A stretch of DNA of 63,910 nucleotides, counting the filler, from Octopus bimaculoides (taxonomy: Eukaryota), in NCBI RefSeq assembly GCF_001194135.2. It is 4 parts of 4 records of this genome, joined end to end, with 100 filler letters (N's around TTAATTAATTAA, not from the genome) between each part and the next. Parts side by side here need not be neighbours in the genome. Positions count along the whole stretch, not along the records: positions 1 to 31,983 come from NC_068990.1; 3 more parts are not named here. One strand, given 5' to 3'. Shown here piece after piece: positions 1-12,085 of the stretch. The translations under genes were made by a program, and so were the position numbers. The notes under the pieces are model-generated. The model worked only from the letters and a program-made list of their open reading frames with translations. It was not told where the DNA came from and searched no databases. The first letter of the stretch is position 1. Every line of letters begins with the position of its first letter.

Positions 1-13
1 TATATATATATAC

Positions 14-64
<51 letters not shown>

Positions 65-202
65 AAACTTACTTGGAAAAGGATGTGTGGTGTTTGTTCA
101 TATGATGATATAAATATATACATACATATATGTACATACCTACATATATATGTATATATGGGTACAGGACATAAAAAAAATTGAGACAGAATGTGAAACA
201 CA

Positions 203-252
<50 letters not shown>

Positions 253-1039
253 TGTAGGAGATAGGGCATGATTTGAGGAGGATATCACTGATTCTTCCAG
301 CAGGTTAAATGATCACATTTTCTTATCTACTTTACTTAGAAATAATTTGTTATGATTATAAGAACTTTTGCAGAAGACAGATCAAATTATGTGAACATGA
401 ATATAAAATAAGTACATAATTACAGTTTAGTGTATCCTCTGATTTTCTCTTATAATTTGCTGGAAAATGCATATTTTTAAATGAATATTTGCAGAAATAC
501 ATTTTAGAGAGTGTAATGTACGATTACATTGATAAATTTTATAGGTGACAAAAAATTTCTGGAGGTGTGTTTTAGATAATACTTCCCCCATCCTCCAAAT
601 TTGTTATCATCATTTCCCATAACCTTCAGCATTTTCATATCTTTCTTTCAAATTCGGCAGTTTGAAGTATCAACATTTCTTAATTTACACTCTTGGAAAT
701 GTATTTCTGCACAGTATCATTTATAAATATGCATTTTAAAGGAGCTATAAGGGAACAAAATCAGAAGAAGGGTGAGGTGCGGGTGGGGGAGTTTTCAAAA
801 TTTCTCATAAAATGAAAGATATCTTTTGTTTTTGTTTTTTTAATTTATCAATATAATCATAATATATACTCTTGAAAATGTATCTCTGCAAAATTTCACT
901 GAAAACAATATGCTTTTTTCTGAAAATTGTGAGGAGACAAAGTTAGCAGAGCACCTAATGGTAGTTAAGCCACAATAAGTGTAGTATACTAAGATGAATG
1001 AAGTTTTACAGGAAATATGTAAGCTTTGTTTCTGTGTTT

Positions 1040-1840
1040 GTCTTTCTGTCTATGTTTGTCCCCCAACCATGACTTGACAACCAATGTTTGTGTGTTTACA
1101 TCTCCATAACTTAGTGGTTTGGCCAAAGAGATCGATAGAATAAATACTGGATCTTTTTTAAAACGGGGGCCACATTTTTCATTAACGAAACACTTTGAAA
1201 CTTGGAACACTGGTAGAATGTGTCATATAAAACATCTTTTTCTCTTAGTCTTCTTAAAAAAAAAAGAAATCCATAAATTATTCCATGTTAAAGTTGTCGT
1301 ATTTCTGTAATTTCAACCAATCACTGACGTCCATTCAGCCGATATACATTAAGCGCCGACTACATAAACAAACGATTCTGAAACAATTAACCCTAACCCT
1401 AACTCTAACCCTAGCCCTAACCCTAGGGTTAGGGTTAGGGTTAAAACAAATTTAAAATGAAAAAAGCAAATAAAACGAAGAATCGTTTGTTTATGTAGTC
1501 GGCACTTAATGTATATCGGCTGAATGGACGTCAGTGATTGGTTGAAATTATCGAAATAAGACAATTTTTTACATGAAATAAATTCGAATACAAAAATATT
1601 TTTCTGTTCTATAACACAAAATAGATAAGTATACGAAGTTTGAAAGTCTTTCGGTACCAAAAACACTACGTAAAACATTAATGAAAAATGTGGCCCCCGT
1701 TTTAAAAAAGATCCTAAATACTAGGCTTGCAAAAAATAAGTCCTGGTGTTGATTTCTTCAACTAAAAAAAAAACCCTGTATGGTGGTGCTCCAGCATGGC
1801 CAGCATCAGAAATGACTGAAACCAGTAAAAGAATAAAACT
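1040..1840 (+). mobile_element. SINE-like repeat interrupted by the 1149-1714 MITE
   Basis: Same family as 56220-56420 and 59470-59620 (gatagaataa(a/g)tactaggctt...ggtgctccagcatggcc...aaatgactgaaac), split at the TSD. Confidence 0.7.
1149..1714. mobile_element. non-autonomous foldback DNA transposon (MITE, Merlin-like) with internal head-to-head telomeric repeats
   Basis: About 38-bp perfect TIR GGATCTTTTTTAAAACGGGGGCCACATTTTTCATTAA, exact 8-bp TSD TAAATACT (1141-1148 and 1715-1722), inner inverted arms at about 1310-1378 and 1480-1550. Superfamily call is inferred from GG termini plus 8-bp TSD. Confidence 0.85.
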
Positions 1841-3898
1841 ATACATATCTACTCTAAAATACTTTATAACAAGCAAAATTGCTAGTTCTAAAATCTAAGA
1901 GATCGATGCTGTAGTTGTACTAACAGGTAATGTTTGTAGTCATTTCAACATGGCTGTCCATTCAGATTTTTTTAACCCCAAGAAAACATCTCTAGCTGGT
2001 TAACGATGCACAGCTGCATCCAATATATTGCTCGCATTATATCGGATTGCAAGCAATATATCGGATGCAGCTATTACAACTATTGGGGTTTAAAAATTGC
2101 ACTAATAGTTTGTTTGAAGGGACAGCCATGTTGAAGTGGCTGAGAACATTACTTCATATAACACATAGCCTTGATAACCAAACACCATTTCTATTTGGTT
2201 GGTCATCTTTCAGCTTTGGTGCTGTCAAGCAGTGCTTGTATATCTAGGTAGAGGAAGATATAAAGTGAACTTTGTGTCACCTCAACATTGTGTATGTCTG
2301 TGTGTGTGGTGGGTATTTGAGCCACTGGGTAGACCAAAATTACTGTCCTATTTTATTGAAGAGATGTCTGCTCTTTTCATTTCATGGTTGACTGGCTCCA
2401 AGTGTAGAAGAAAGTTCTAGTTAAAAACTATCTGCCTCATTAATGTTAGGTACCCAAATCACACATGATGCTGCTTGGAAAAACAGATGTAAAACCAAAT
2501 GAGAAATATAAAATAGCACTTGTGACAGTTTTATTTCTGATATAGCTGGGACAATCTTTCTCTTTACCATTGACCCAATGATGGCAGCTATTGTCTGAAG
2601 ACTTGTTGCTTCCAATCTTTTACTTTCTGTCTTGATTTCTTAAGCTTTCTTTCCCTTCTTTTCCTATTAAATGTGTATACAACAGCAGATAGCCTCTTTA
2701 TGTTTTCTCAACCCGTTAGAAATAGCAGCTAAATCATCCTTAAACTACATCGTACCATCTTAAATATAGGAAAGATGGAGTAAATAACGTAGTCCCATAT
2801 ACCACTAAGAGGATGCCATGGTTGAAATAGAGTTGACCTGGGTTTAAACTGCAACAGGAACAGCTTAAATAGGACATTCATTGTTTTTCCAGAGGTATTA
2901 GTGGAATATACAGCATCATAATAGCCTAATCCGCCTTATCCCCTGTTGAGAATTAATTAAAAAAAAAAAGTTGGGATAATGGATCTTAAAATGTTCAGAT
3001 TTACCAAGATTCAAATTTTCAAAAAATTCTATGAGTTTATATTAATTTTATTAAATGTACTACATTTCTTTATGGTCATCATTATTTTTACTTCTACTTT
3101 TCTTAGCTAGTATGGGTTGGATGAGACTTAGCGGCAGTGTTCTGTTGTCAAATATAGTTCCTGCTACTGTTTACTTTGGTCTTTCAAATGATGATCAACT
3201 TATGGGGTAAATGTTTTACAGCACATGTAAATAATGACACTATCTATGCAGTAACATTATTTTTACACCGAGACTCTCAAGTCTGAAGACATGCGCTCTC
3301 TCTCTCTCTCACACACACACTCTACAGACTTCTGTACCTCTGTTATTTTCACTCACAAAACATTGGTCAGCCGGAGTTTATAGTAGAAAATACAAGATCA
3401 TAGTGCCACTGTGGGAATTAACTTGAAGCCATGTAGTCGTGATATGAACTTCATAATTACATGGCCATCCATATGATGATTTTTCTATGTATCTAGTGTA
3501 CTTTGTATAAATTTTGTGTTTTGTGTAGCCCAGCTTTCAGATTAAGAGAAAGAAAAAGCCTTAATTATTATTCTTGTTGTTTAGTCTTAGTTATCTTTGA
3601 TTGAGTAGTCCCATTGATGATTGTTGTCGGAGACTAGCCCATCACTTTGTATATCAGACTACATTTTTAGTATAGTAAGACATAATTTGAAGAAATTTAA
3701 CTGTTATTTCTGGTTGGTCAAGCACTCAATTTAAAGGCTTCCACATTGACTCAGGTTCTTTAACGCAAATGGTTGAGTGTGGGGTGCATCGAAACTGTTA
3801 AAAGAAAAACCTTTTGATAAATAATTTCATAGAGACTGTAGAGACAGACTTGTTTGTGTTAATTTTTGTTCCTGTTACTACCTCTTGTTCCTCAACAG

Positions 3899-3922
3899 TT
3901 ATACCCACATCCCATCCAAACT
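3899..3922 (+). CDS. candidate 24-nt cassette mini-exon of Lar between FN3-1 and FN3-2
   Basis: Long pyrimidine tract ending ctcaacag, donor ACT|gtatga. Phase 1-1, open frame (V)IPTSHPN(S). No expression evidence. Confidence 0.35.
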
Positions 3923-5625
3923 GTATGACACCATTACATTAACCATCATCCACATAATATTGGCCTGGTTGTCTTGCATCTCTGTTTGAACAGGAAACCC
4001 GTCCACACAATAACAAATTCCCCCCCCCCCATATTTTAAGAGAGGAATGCAGGTGAATTGCTTGACTGTGGTTCTTATTTCAGCTGATGAGGGTTCAAAA
4101 GCTGAATTTGAACTCCTATAAATAAATAAAGGAATGTAAGTTGAATGCTGCAAGGGGATTTATTGTGATGCTCCACTAATTTTAGTGCGTAATAATAGAT
4201 ATTTTTAACTTTGGCACCTAACCATAAATTTTGGGAATATGATGTAATAGGTTAATTCACCCATTTGGTATTTGTTTTATTAATTCTGGAGAGTCTTAGA
4301 GAAGATTATATTGATTGTAACTAACTACAGCAAGTTTAAATATCTGTGTGTGTTTCTGTTTGTTAGCCCTGAGGCAGTTTTTAATTAACATCAAGAAATG
4401 TGATATCATCCTCTTTCACTGCAGATACTATCCTATTTTGGGAATATTTTATCTCAATATAGCTTTTAATTAACTTTTTTCCCTTTCTAATTTAACAGTA
4501 ACACCAGTAATAACATATTCCGGCTGGATTTTTTTGGTTTTTAATTTTTATGAAATGAAATTATTATACTTATTAAAAATGCAAACATAGTTGAGGGGAG
4601 TAAAATTGATTATTGATTGTAGTTTATTGTGTGTATCAAATATGTATTGAAGAAATGGTTGATGTCAAATTGTCTGTTCACTATACAGCATCTTCATGAT
4701 AGTTTCCTATTTCCTTAGCAATAAATTCAGTTATTACTTGTTATGGAAGACTGTTCTGAAAACATCACTGCAGGAAAGTTTATTAAAACTTGGAAAATCT
4801 CCAAAAAGGCAGTTCCGATATAATTTGTTTTAAGATCAGATTAGTAGACATGCATATGAAAATAAATGAAGTATAACATTTTAGCATGACATTGCTACAA
4901 CTACAAAGACATTTTTTATTTTTTTATGGTAAAGGTAAAAGATTAAAAAATAATGTCTAGAATGATTATATATTTTCTATTGAGTTATCTATTTAAGCAT
5001 AGGAGAAACCTTATATAATTTTTTTTTTAAATGTCACACTTTTATCAGTAAACTGGGTCTTCCTTCTTCACGAAAACCACCATTTTATTTTGATTTTTCA
5101 AAATTTAATTCATTGGTAAATCTTTTATTTTCAAGAACCAGTTCTCTCTTATCTTTTGTTATCATATTTCTGTTAATATATGCTGACTTTGTTTCAATTA
5201 ACTGAAGAATTTAGTAAAATAATTTGGTCATTAAGTTGGTGTTTGCAACAAATTAACATAAAATTTTGATAGAAGGTCTTTAACTTATGGTACAAACAGG
5301 AAGGTTGGTATCAAGAGAGCTAATGTCATTGCTTGGTGCTATCTTGTGATTTTATGATTTTGCTTTCCTGAAAATTGGTGATAATTTTTTGAGTTCTTTG
5401 CCAATATGTTTATATTTTTTAAATTAGCTAATAATTCCTATCAGTGGACTTGTTGTTCACTTCTGTCTCGCCATAGTTTATAATGTTTATCTAATATCAG
5501 TTATATTAACCATTAATTAACTTAAGAGTGTTGATGTTTTACTAGAGAAATTATACTAGTGTTCATTTATGTCATTTAAAATGATGTGATTGTTAACCAA
5601 CTATTTTTTTCCTTTAAACTTTCAG

Positions 5626-5726
5626 CCCCAGGAACAGCTCCAAGGAATTTGCGTGGAAGAGCTGCTAGTGCAACCACCATATCTTTGGAATGGCAAGAAC
5701 CTGAAATTCCGAATGGAATAATTGAG
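5626..5726 (+). CDS. Lar: LAR-family receptor protein tyrosine phosphatase, exon encoding N-terminal half of FN3 repeat 2
   Basis: Acceptor tttaaactttcag and donor GAG|gtaagc. Phase 1 to phase 0. Translates (A)PGTAPRNLRGRAASATTISLEWQEPEIPNGIIE, resembling from memory PTPRD FN3-2 ([34 protein letters not shown]). Confidence 0.88.
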
Positions 5727-6189
5727 GTAAGCTAAGCAAAATGCTATTTTATTAATCTATCAAGTGAATTTCAATTCAGAGAATTTCTCTCTCCCTCTTT
5801 CCATTTCTGTCTGTCTGTCTCTCACACACACACACACATATATGCACACACACACACACACACACAACTAAGCTCTGTAAAACATTTAGTTCAGTTCTTG
5901 AATAATTGTCGTTCACAACTCAGTCCTTATCTGTTTTATTATAATTTGACTTTTGTGAACAATAGCTCTCTTTCCAGCAGTTCAATCACTAGACTACACA
6001 GGTATTTCTGTTTGAATATACTGGTTTATCAGGTCCAGTTTATTATTTACGTCTTTCAGTGATATGATTGGTAAAATTATACAGCACATATAAATATATA
6101 TCCATCCATCCATCCATCAACAACTTTTTTATTAACTGGCATAGGTTGTTCATATTTCACATGCTACTAGAGTAACTCTTCTTCTATAT

Positions 6190-6900
6190 AAAATTACTAC
6201 TTAGCATAATTTGTCATAACAGGTAATGCATTATTGAACCCAGCTCTTGGATTCTGATGTGTACTGTGGTACCCACTTCTTCACAGCTTCCTTCACCTTG
6301 TCAGTGTCATCAAATCCTTATACCCTGGAAGACAAGCCCAGTTTGCCAATTACCTGATTTGTTGCCAAAAATGTGTGTGTGGTTGTGCATTGTCATGGTG
6401 AATGTGGATCATTTTCAGATTCTTGTTTTGTTTCTTCCTCTTAATGGCTGCTATAAGCTTTTTGAGTGTCGCAGTGTACCACATGCTGTTTACAGTATGA
6501 CTTCATTACAGAAAATCAAAGCAGATGATGCTCTTGTCAACCCAATAAACAGTCACCGTGACTTTTGTCAGTCACAGGCTTTTGAACTTCTTAGGCTCTG
6601 GAGAAGAGATGTGATGTCATTTTATAGACTGAGCCTTCATTTCCAGATCTTAAAGATATGCCCATGTTTCATCCCATATCACCATACCAGAAAACTATAT
6701 TTTCATTGGCTTCAAACACTTACCAGCAGATCAGAGTTGACATCCACCCACTTTTCCTGCCCAGAAACTGACTCCCCATACACTTCCTGATTTTCTGTAA
6801 TGCAATTGTGATGACAGTTCACTTGTGCAGCAAATCATTTTATCTACTCACTGGTAATTTGTGTCACCTCTCATAGCTGGTGGTCTCCTACTGTATGGTT
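6190..6900 (-). pseudogene. decayed Tc1/mariner transposase
   Basis: Minus-strand remnants resemble DETW, PKKFK, HHDNAQPH and FDDTDKVKEAVKKW, with stops and frameshifts. Confidence 0.8.
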
Positions 6901-7569
6901 TGTCTTCAATGCTGGTTTCCTCTTCTTATATTTCATCCATCTTGCACATTGTCCTTGTTAATGGTGTCAGTTTTCATAAACAAGCTGTGTAGCTCCTACT
7001 ATGGATGTTGGACAGTTTGCTCCCTATCTTTATCAAGAGCTCAATACTGGAACATTGCTTCTGCTTGGAAACCATTATCTGCTTGCCATAAAGACCAAGA
7101 AAAGTCATTACAGAGGAATAGTTACCTCAACAATATATACAATCTGAATAGCTTATGTTAGTTGCTTTATTTTGTGTTTGTTTGTGTATAAAGCTTTAGT
7201 GTTAGGAAGGGCATCCAGCTATAGAAACTATCCAAAACTGCGACACTGGAGCAAGATGTAGCCATCTGATTTGGTGGATCCTGTCAAAACATCCTCCTCA
7301 TGGCAGCATGGAAAGTAGACTCAAAGATGATGATGATGATACATGCATGTGCGCAAGCACACACATGATGGGCTTCTACATAGTCATCCCTATCATACAC
7401 AAAAAGATTCCATTCAAAAGACATGGTAGAAGACACTTGTTCAAAGTGTCTCTTATGGTTGAAGACACTTAAAATGCTGCACAGTAGCACCAAATATTCT
7501 CTTCACTTGCCCTAATAAGGTCAATCTTGTTGACTTTGGAACTGCCAAATGTTTTGAAGTTAGTTACAG

Positions 7570-7800
7570 ACACACTGGACTTAACCCTGTGTAGAGATCA
7601 TTCAGCTCTTTGGAGCCAAAACCTGGGCTGTGAAGAAGAATCTTGATGACACACACACCAGGTTTCTGATGAAGGTTTAAAGTGTCATTTGTTTTTAACA
7701 CAAGACAAAGATTTTATGGACACATTTCACCCATCTCTGCTAATGTTGGTCAACACAGAGCAGGCTTTATTGGCCACTGCTTTCATGCTGAATATTACCA
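7570..7800 (+). mobile_element. RTE-clade LINE fragment (post-RT region)
   Basis: Degenerate FGAKTWAVKKNLDDTHTRFLMK...GHC, similar to RTE C-terminal regions. Confidence 0.55.
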
Positions 7801-10691
7801 TCATAACGTCTTAAAGACTTAGTTCTGGTATATAGATTTTATAAGCTTCAGTTTTATCAAGTCGAAAAAAGGTACTTTTTTTAATTAATTTAGGAAATTT
7901 ATCCTACATTAGAATAATAAAGTTTATCATACATTGGTCACTGAAATAGAAATATGATTAAAATTAGAGGTTTCTTAATTCTTTTATTAATACAGTCTTA
8001 AATTACTGATCATTATGTTTTGGGCTTTGTTTTTGCTGCATAATTTTTCTCTAGACCTTTTCCTATTGTGACTTGTTAGAGTAACAACAGCATCTTTCTC
8101 TCTCTCTCTCTCTTGTGAATCTGTAGTGCCAATGTACAAATTAACTCTGGAATTGTGAACTAGTGAATTCTAGGGTGTTTCATGCTGACAGTGTTCATCA
8201 TTATGATTTTGGCTTATACACATATTGCACATACATCCCACCCCTGCCCCTTAAAGGAAAAATAAACAACTCCCCTCCTTTTTCACTGAACAGAAGGTCT
8301 TCTACCTTCACTTTTGTTAATATTCAAATGTCTAAGTGAAGGAGACTTTTACTAATGTTTTTGTTATTGGCTTTGTTTCTTCTACATCAGAACTACATTT
8401 TCTGTCAAGTTCATTTATAATCATGTTTGAAATCTTGCAGTTTTCTGTTTTTTTGTTCTTTAAAAAGCTATATACTATATATATTATTTTGAACTACAAA
8501 GCCTGCAACATGATTAGAACAATACTTTATTTGCAAATTAAATATTGTTCTAAAAAAAAAAAAATCCGTTGATATAAATTTCAGATTCTGATTCCTTTCT
8601 TACATTATATTCTTGTTGTGTTTTTAGTGAAATAGACTAGGCTAAAAAAACTATTTGATATTTGCCTGACAACTTTGGTAGGTATTTCACAAGCATGTAC
8701 CAATTCTAATGCTAGTGCTTCTTGATGTTTCTTATGAAACCTAGAGCTATTCCCCACTGCCATTGATTGAACACAATGCATGAATCAAACCAAAGTAACT
8801 TCTAGTCTTTCTGTAAGCAAAGAAAGATAAATTAGAAGGAGCTTCTGAACTACACAGTTTTACAATCATATTATACAGGTTTCAGTCCCATTGGGTTGAA
8901 TCATAGGCAAGTGTTTTGTTTAATAGCACTTAGCCAACTAATGTCTTGTATGTGGAACATGTTGACAGGAGCTGCATGGAAACCCACTGTATTTGTTTGT
9001 GTGTATGCAAGAGGGAATACATGCACATATTCTTTTATTTGTTTCAGTAATTTGACTGCAGCCTTCCTGAAAAGGTCTAAATTATCAATTGCATCCTTTA
9101 TTTTTGTTTTTTAGTTCCTAAGACATGGTTTGAAGGGAATTTAACTCCTATTTCTGTTAGGCAAAGTGACCATGTGCAAGTTCCAACATCGGACTGCTTT
9201 AATTGTGTTAATTTTTAATTTTAGCTAATGCCTTTTGCTGGGAAAATATAGAGGTACACATTTTCCTCTGATAGTGTAGAACTTCTGAAGGTAATAATGG
9301 AATAGAATTATGAGGAAAGTTTAATTCTGGACCTATTTATAATTATTTGAATAGTTGCTTGATATGGAAAATGTTTCTTTTTAATATTTTGAGATTTATG
9401 TAGTTACACAAATCTTATCTACGAAACGAACAATTTTGAAATTATATATATGATAAAACATCATCATCACCACTGTGTTTGAGGATGGAATATGTTGGAT
9501 GGTTTGACAGCATCTGACTGGTCCAAATACTGCAAGGTCCAGTGTCTGCTTTGGCATGATTTCTATAGCTGGATGCCCTTAATACCAGCCAATTCATAGG
9601 ATGTACTGGGTGCTATCATTATTATTATTATTGAGTGACAGAGTAGTGCATGCCATCAAAGTGACACTGGGGTAAAATATGCAAAGGCCAGACTACCTGT
9701 CTGATAAGGGTACACCAGGTACATGCATCACAACCATATGTATGCAACATGGTGATCTCATTTCAAGATAAACAACACATGACCTTGCAGATGGGGCCCA
9801 GTTAGAATTTTCTTCAGTTTGACGAGCCCATTCTGCTGAAATGGTCCTTGAATAAGGGTTGTCGAATGAAACACACGTTTCCAGAGGTGAATTATTCAAA
9901 CTCCAAAGAATTCCTCTTAACACATGGCTATGATGTTCCCGCACGACTTCTGCTCATGATCAGAGATGCACATGTCGTCAGTCACCAAGGGACATGCTCT
10001 ACAGGTTATAGTCAAACAAGTGAGAAGCCAATCTGCGGTATTGAGCAGAATATTTACTGTAGCCCATCTTTTGTACCAAGATAAAACAATATGCATGGTA
10101 ACACTTCCAATCAGTTAAGATCAGAAGCCATGAGAGCCAGTAACTGGTACTGCATCATCATCATCATCATCATCATCATCACTATTATTATTTGTGGCAC
10201 CAGTGCCAGTGAAGTCACTACACAGCTTGCAAGCCTAAAATTCCCGTTGAATGAATGTGGCTATAAGTAGAGAGGGGAGGCAGCTTTATCCGATGGAATG
10301 GGAGGTTAAAGTGTGATGGAAGGGCCCAAAACAGAACGTTGGTAATTAACATTTGAGAAATAAAACTCCATCTATCTTTTGTGAAATCTTTCGAATTAAA
10401 TTGGCCAAGCAGATCAAATATAAGAAATATTTGCAGACAAAATAAGATTAATTGAAAACAAAAACAATAACAAACTAACCTGCTCGTTTTGAAGAAAAAT
10501 TTGGTATGAACTTAGTATAATGTAATGTTCTTTAATATTTAACATTTTAATAATTTTTTTTTTTTTAAATTGCTGGAAGGAAAATGCTTTTTGTTAGAGT
10601 TGCACTGTTTTTAAAAGTCCTAAGAAAAACACATGGAAAATGCTTTCCTTAAACATAATGTATTTATTTTTATTTATTTATTTTTTTGCAG

Positions 10692-10893
10692 GGATATAAA
10701 ATATTCTATACTTTGAATCCAGATCTCCCTATTATTCTTTGGGACCATAAAACCCACAACAATGGCCAGAATAAAGTGGAAACTCTTCTTAACTTGAAAA
10801 CAAACAGCACATATACTATAACCATTTTAGCTTTTTCTAGTGCTGGTGAAGGTCCTCTTTCAGAAGAAATTCAAGTAATGACAAATCCAGGAG
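10692..10893 (+). CDS. Lar: LAR-family receptor protein tyrosine phosphatase, exon encoding C-terminal part of FN3 repeat 2
   Basis: Acceptor tttttttgcag and donor GAG|gtaatg. 202 nt, phase 0 to 1, in frame with 5626-5726. GYKIFYTLNPDLPIILWDHKTHNNGQNKVETLLNLKTNSTYTITILAFSSAGEGPLSEEIQVMTNPG resembles PTPRD GYRVYYTMDP...[22 protein letters not shown]. Confidence 0.9.
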
Positions 10894-12053
10894 GTAATGG
10901 AATCTTTATCACCCACTCCACTTCGTTTGCTAATTTTTGATGTCTTTTTTTTAATAAAAAAAAAAAAAAAAAANNNNNNNNNNAAAAAAAAAAAAAAAAA
11001 AAATTTATCGACATGCATGTTACAACACAAAGACAACGAAGATTTACAAATTCTCCCAAAATATTCTTACCATATCATTATTTCACTAACGAAAGAATTA
11101 AGGATTCTTCCCCTTGGCAAAATGAATTATTTCCTCTGTCTGCAGATGAGTGCAGTCCAAACTCTCTTTCTCTCTAAGAAGAAACAGTATTTTATACACG
11201 CATCAACTACAACATACCTATTTCAGTACACATTGGGTAAATACAGGAATATGTATTTCCCCACTTAGAAGATAAATTCAGGTCAGTATTCAGATGCTGA
11301 ATATTACCACAAGATGACCTTATAATGCATCATTCATTTGATTTCTGTACAGTTTCAATTTTTAGCAATCAACACAGTTTAGCCTATACTTCCACAGAGT
11401 TAGCTTTGTATCAGAAACTTCCGAATCTCACCTGAGATGTAATAGGCCTCTACCTTCACTACTCTAAAATACTTTACATAATGAAACTCTAAGAATATAT
11501 TAGCTTCAACTAACAGCACCACAACAATATAAATTCCATCATCATGGCCTGTCTTCATTGGCATGTTTCATCTGACATGTTCCTTACATATTGTAGCATT
11601 GCATGTAATTTGGGCTAAATGTCTTTGGAAATTTTGGGCTGGAGATCCTATCTCCCTGAACACGTTTGGTAATCTTTAGTAGTTGAGCTAAATGGGTGTG
11701 TTGTCTTGTGCCTGCTTGCACCAAACTTCTATACATGTATGTATATGTCTAGTGTAATTCTGGTTCTTGGGATGTGAATGTCATTGGATATCGTGTGGAC
11801 GACAAGTCCAAATGTCCGAGTTGTTACTTGCGGACACTTAGATGCATTTGCTCGTTATTATTACCTTTTTAAGAAAAAAAAAAAAAAAAAAAAAGGTTGC
11901 ATTTGTTGCATTTTTCTTTTACTTTCTAATATAAATTGGGGATAAAAAAAAAAGGGGTGGGGAGTTTTGCTGAAACAATTTTCAAATAAATTAACCTCCT
12001 AAAGAAAAAGAGGAAAAGAAAAGAAGAGCTAACAAAAAGTATGATCTTTTAAT

Positions 12054-12085
<32 letters not shown>

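Noticed and set aside
1388-1443. Telomeric repeats as a chromosome fusion scar or true telomere
   Set aside because: They are enclosed by TIRs and a TSD, so they arrived inside a transposon.
1915-1926. 12-nt microexon candidate (VVLT) with CAG|GTAATG
   Set aside because: There is essentially no polypyrimidine tract upstream.
4499-4510. Strong acceptor followed by GTAATA after 8 nt
   Set aside because: Not frame-preserving; no support for a terminal-exon reading.
6257-6790. 177-aa plus-strand ORF
   Set aside because: It is the antisense shadow of a decayed minus-strand mariner transposase, with no recognisable domain.
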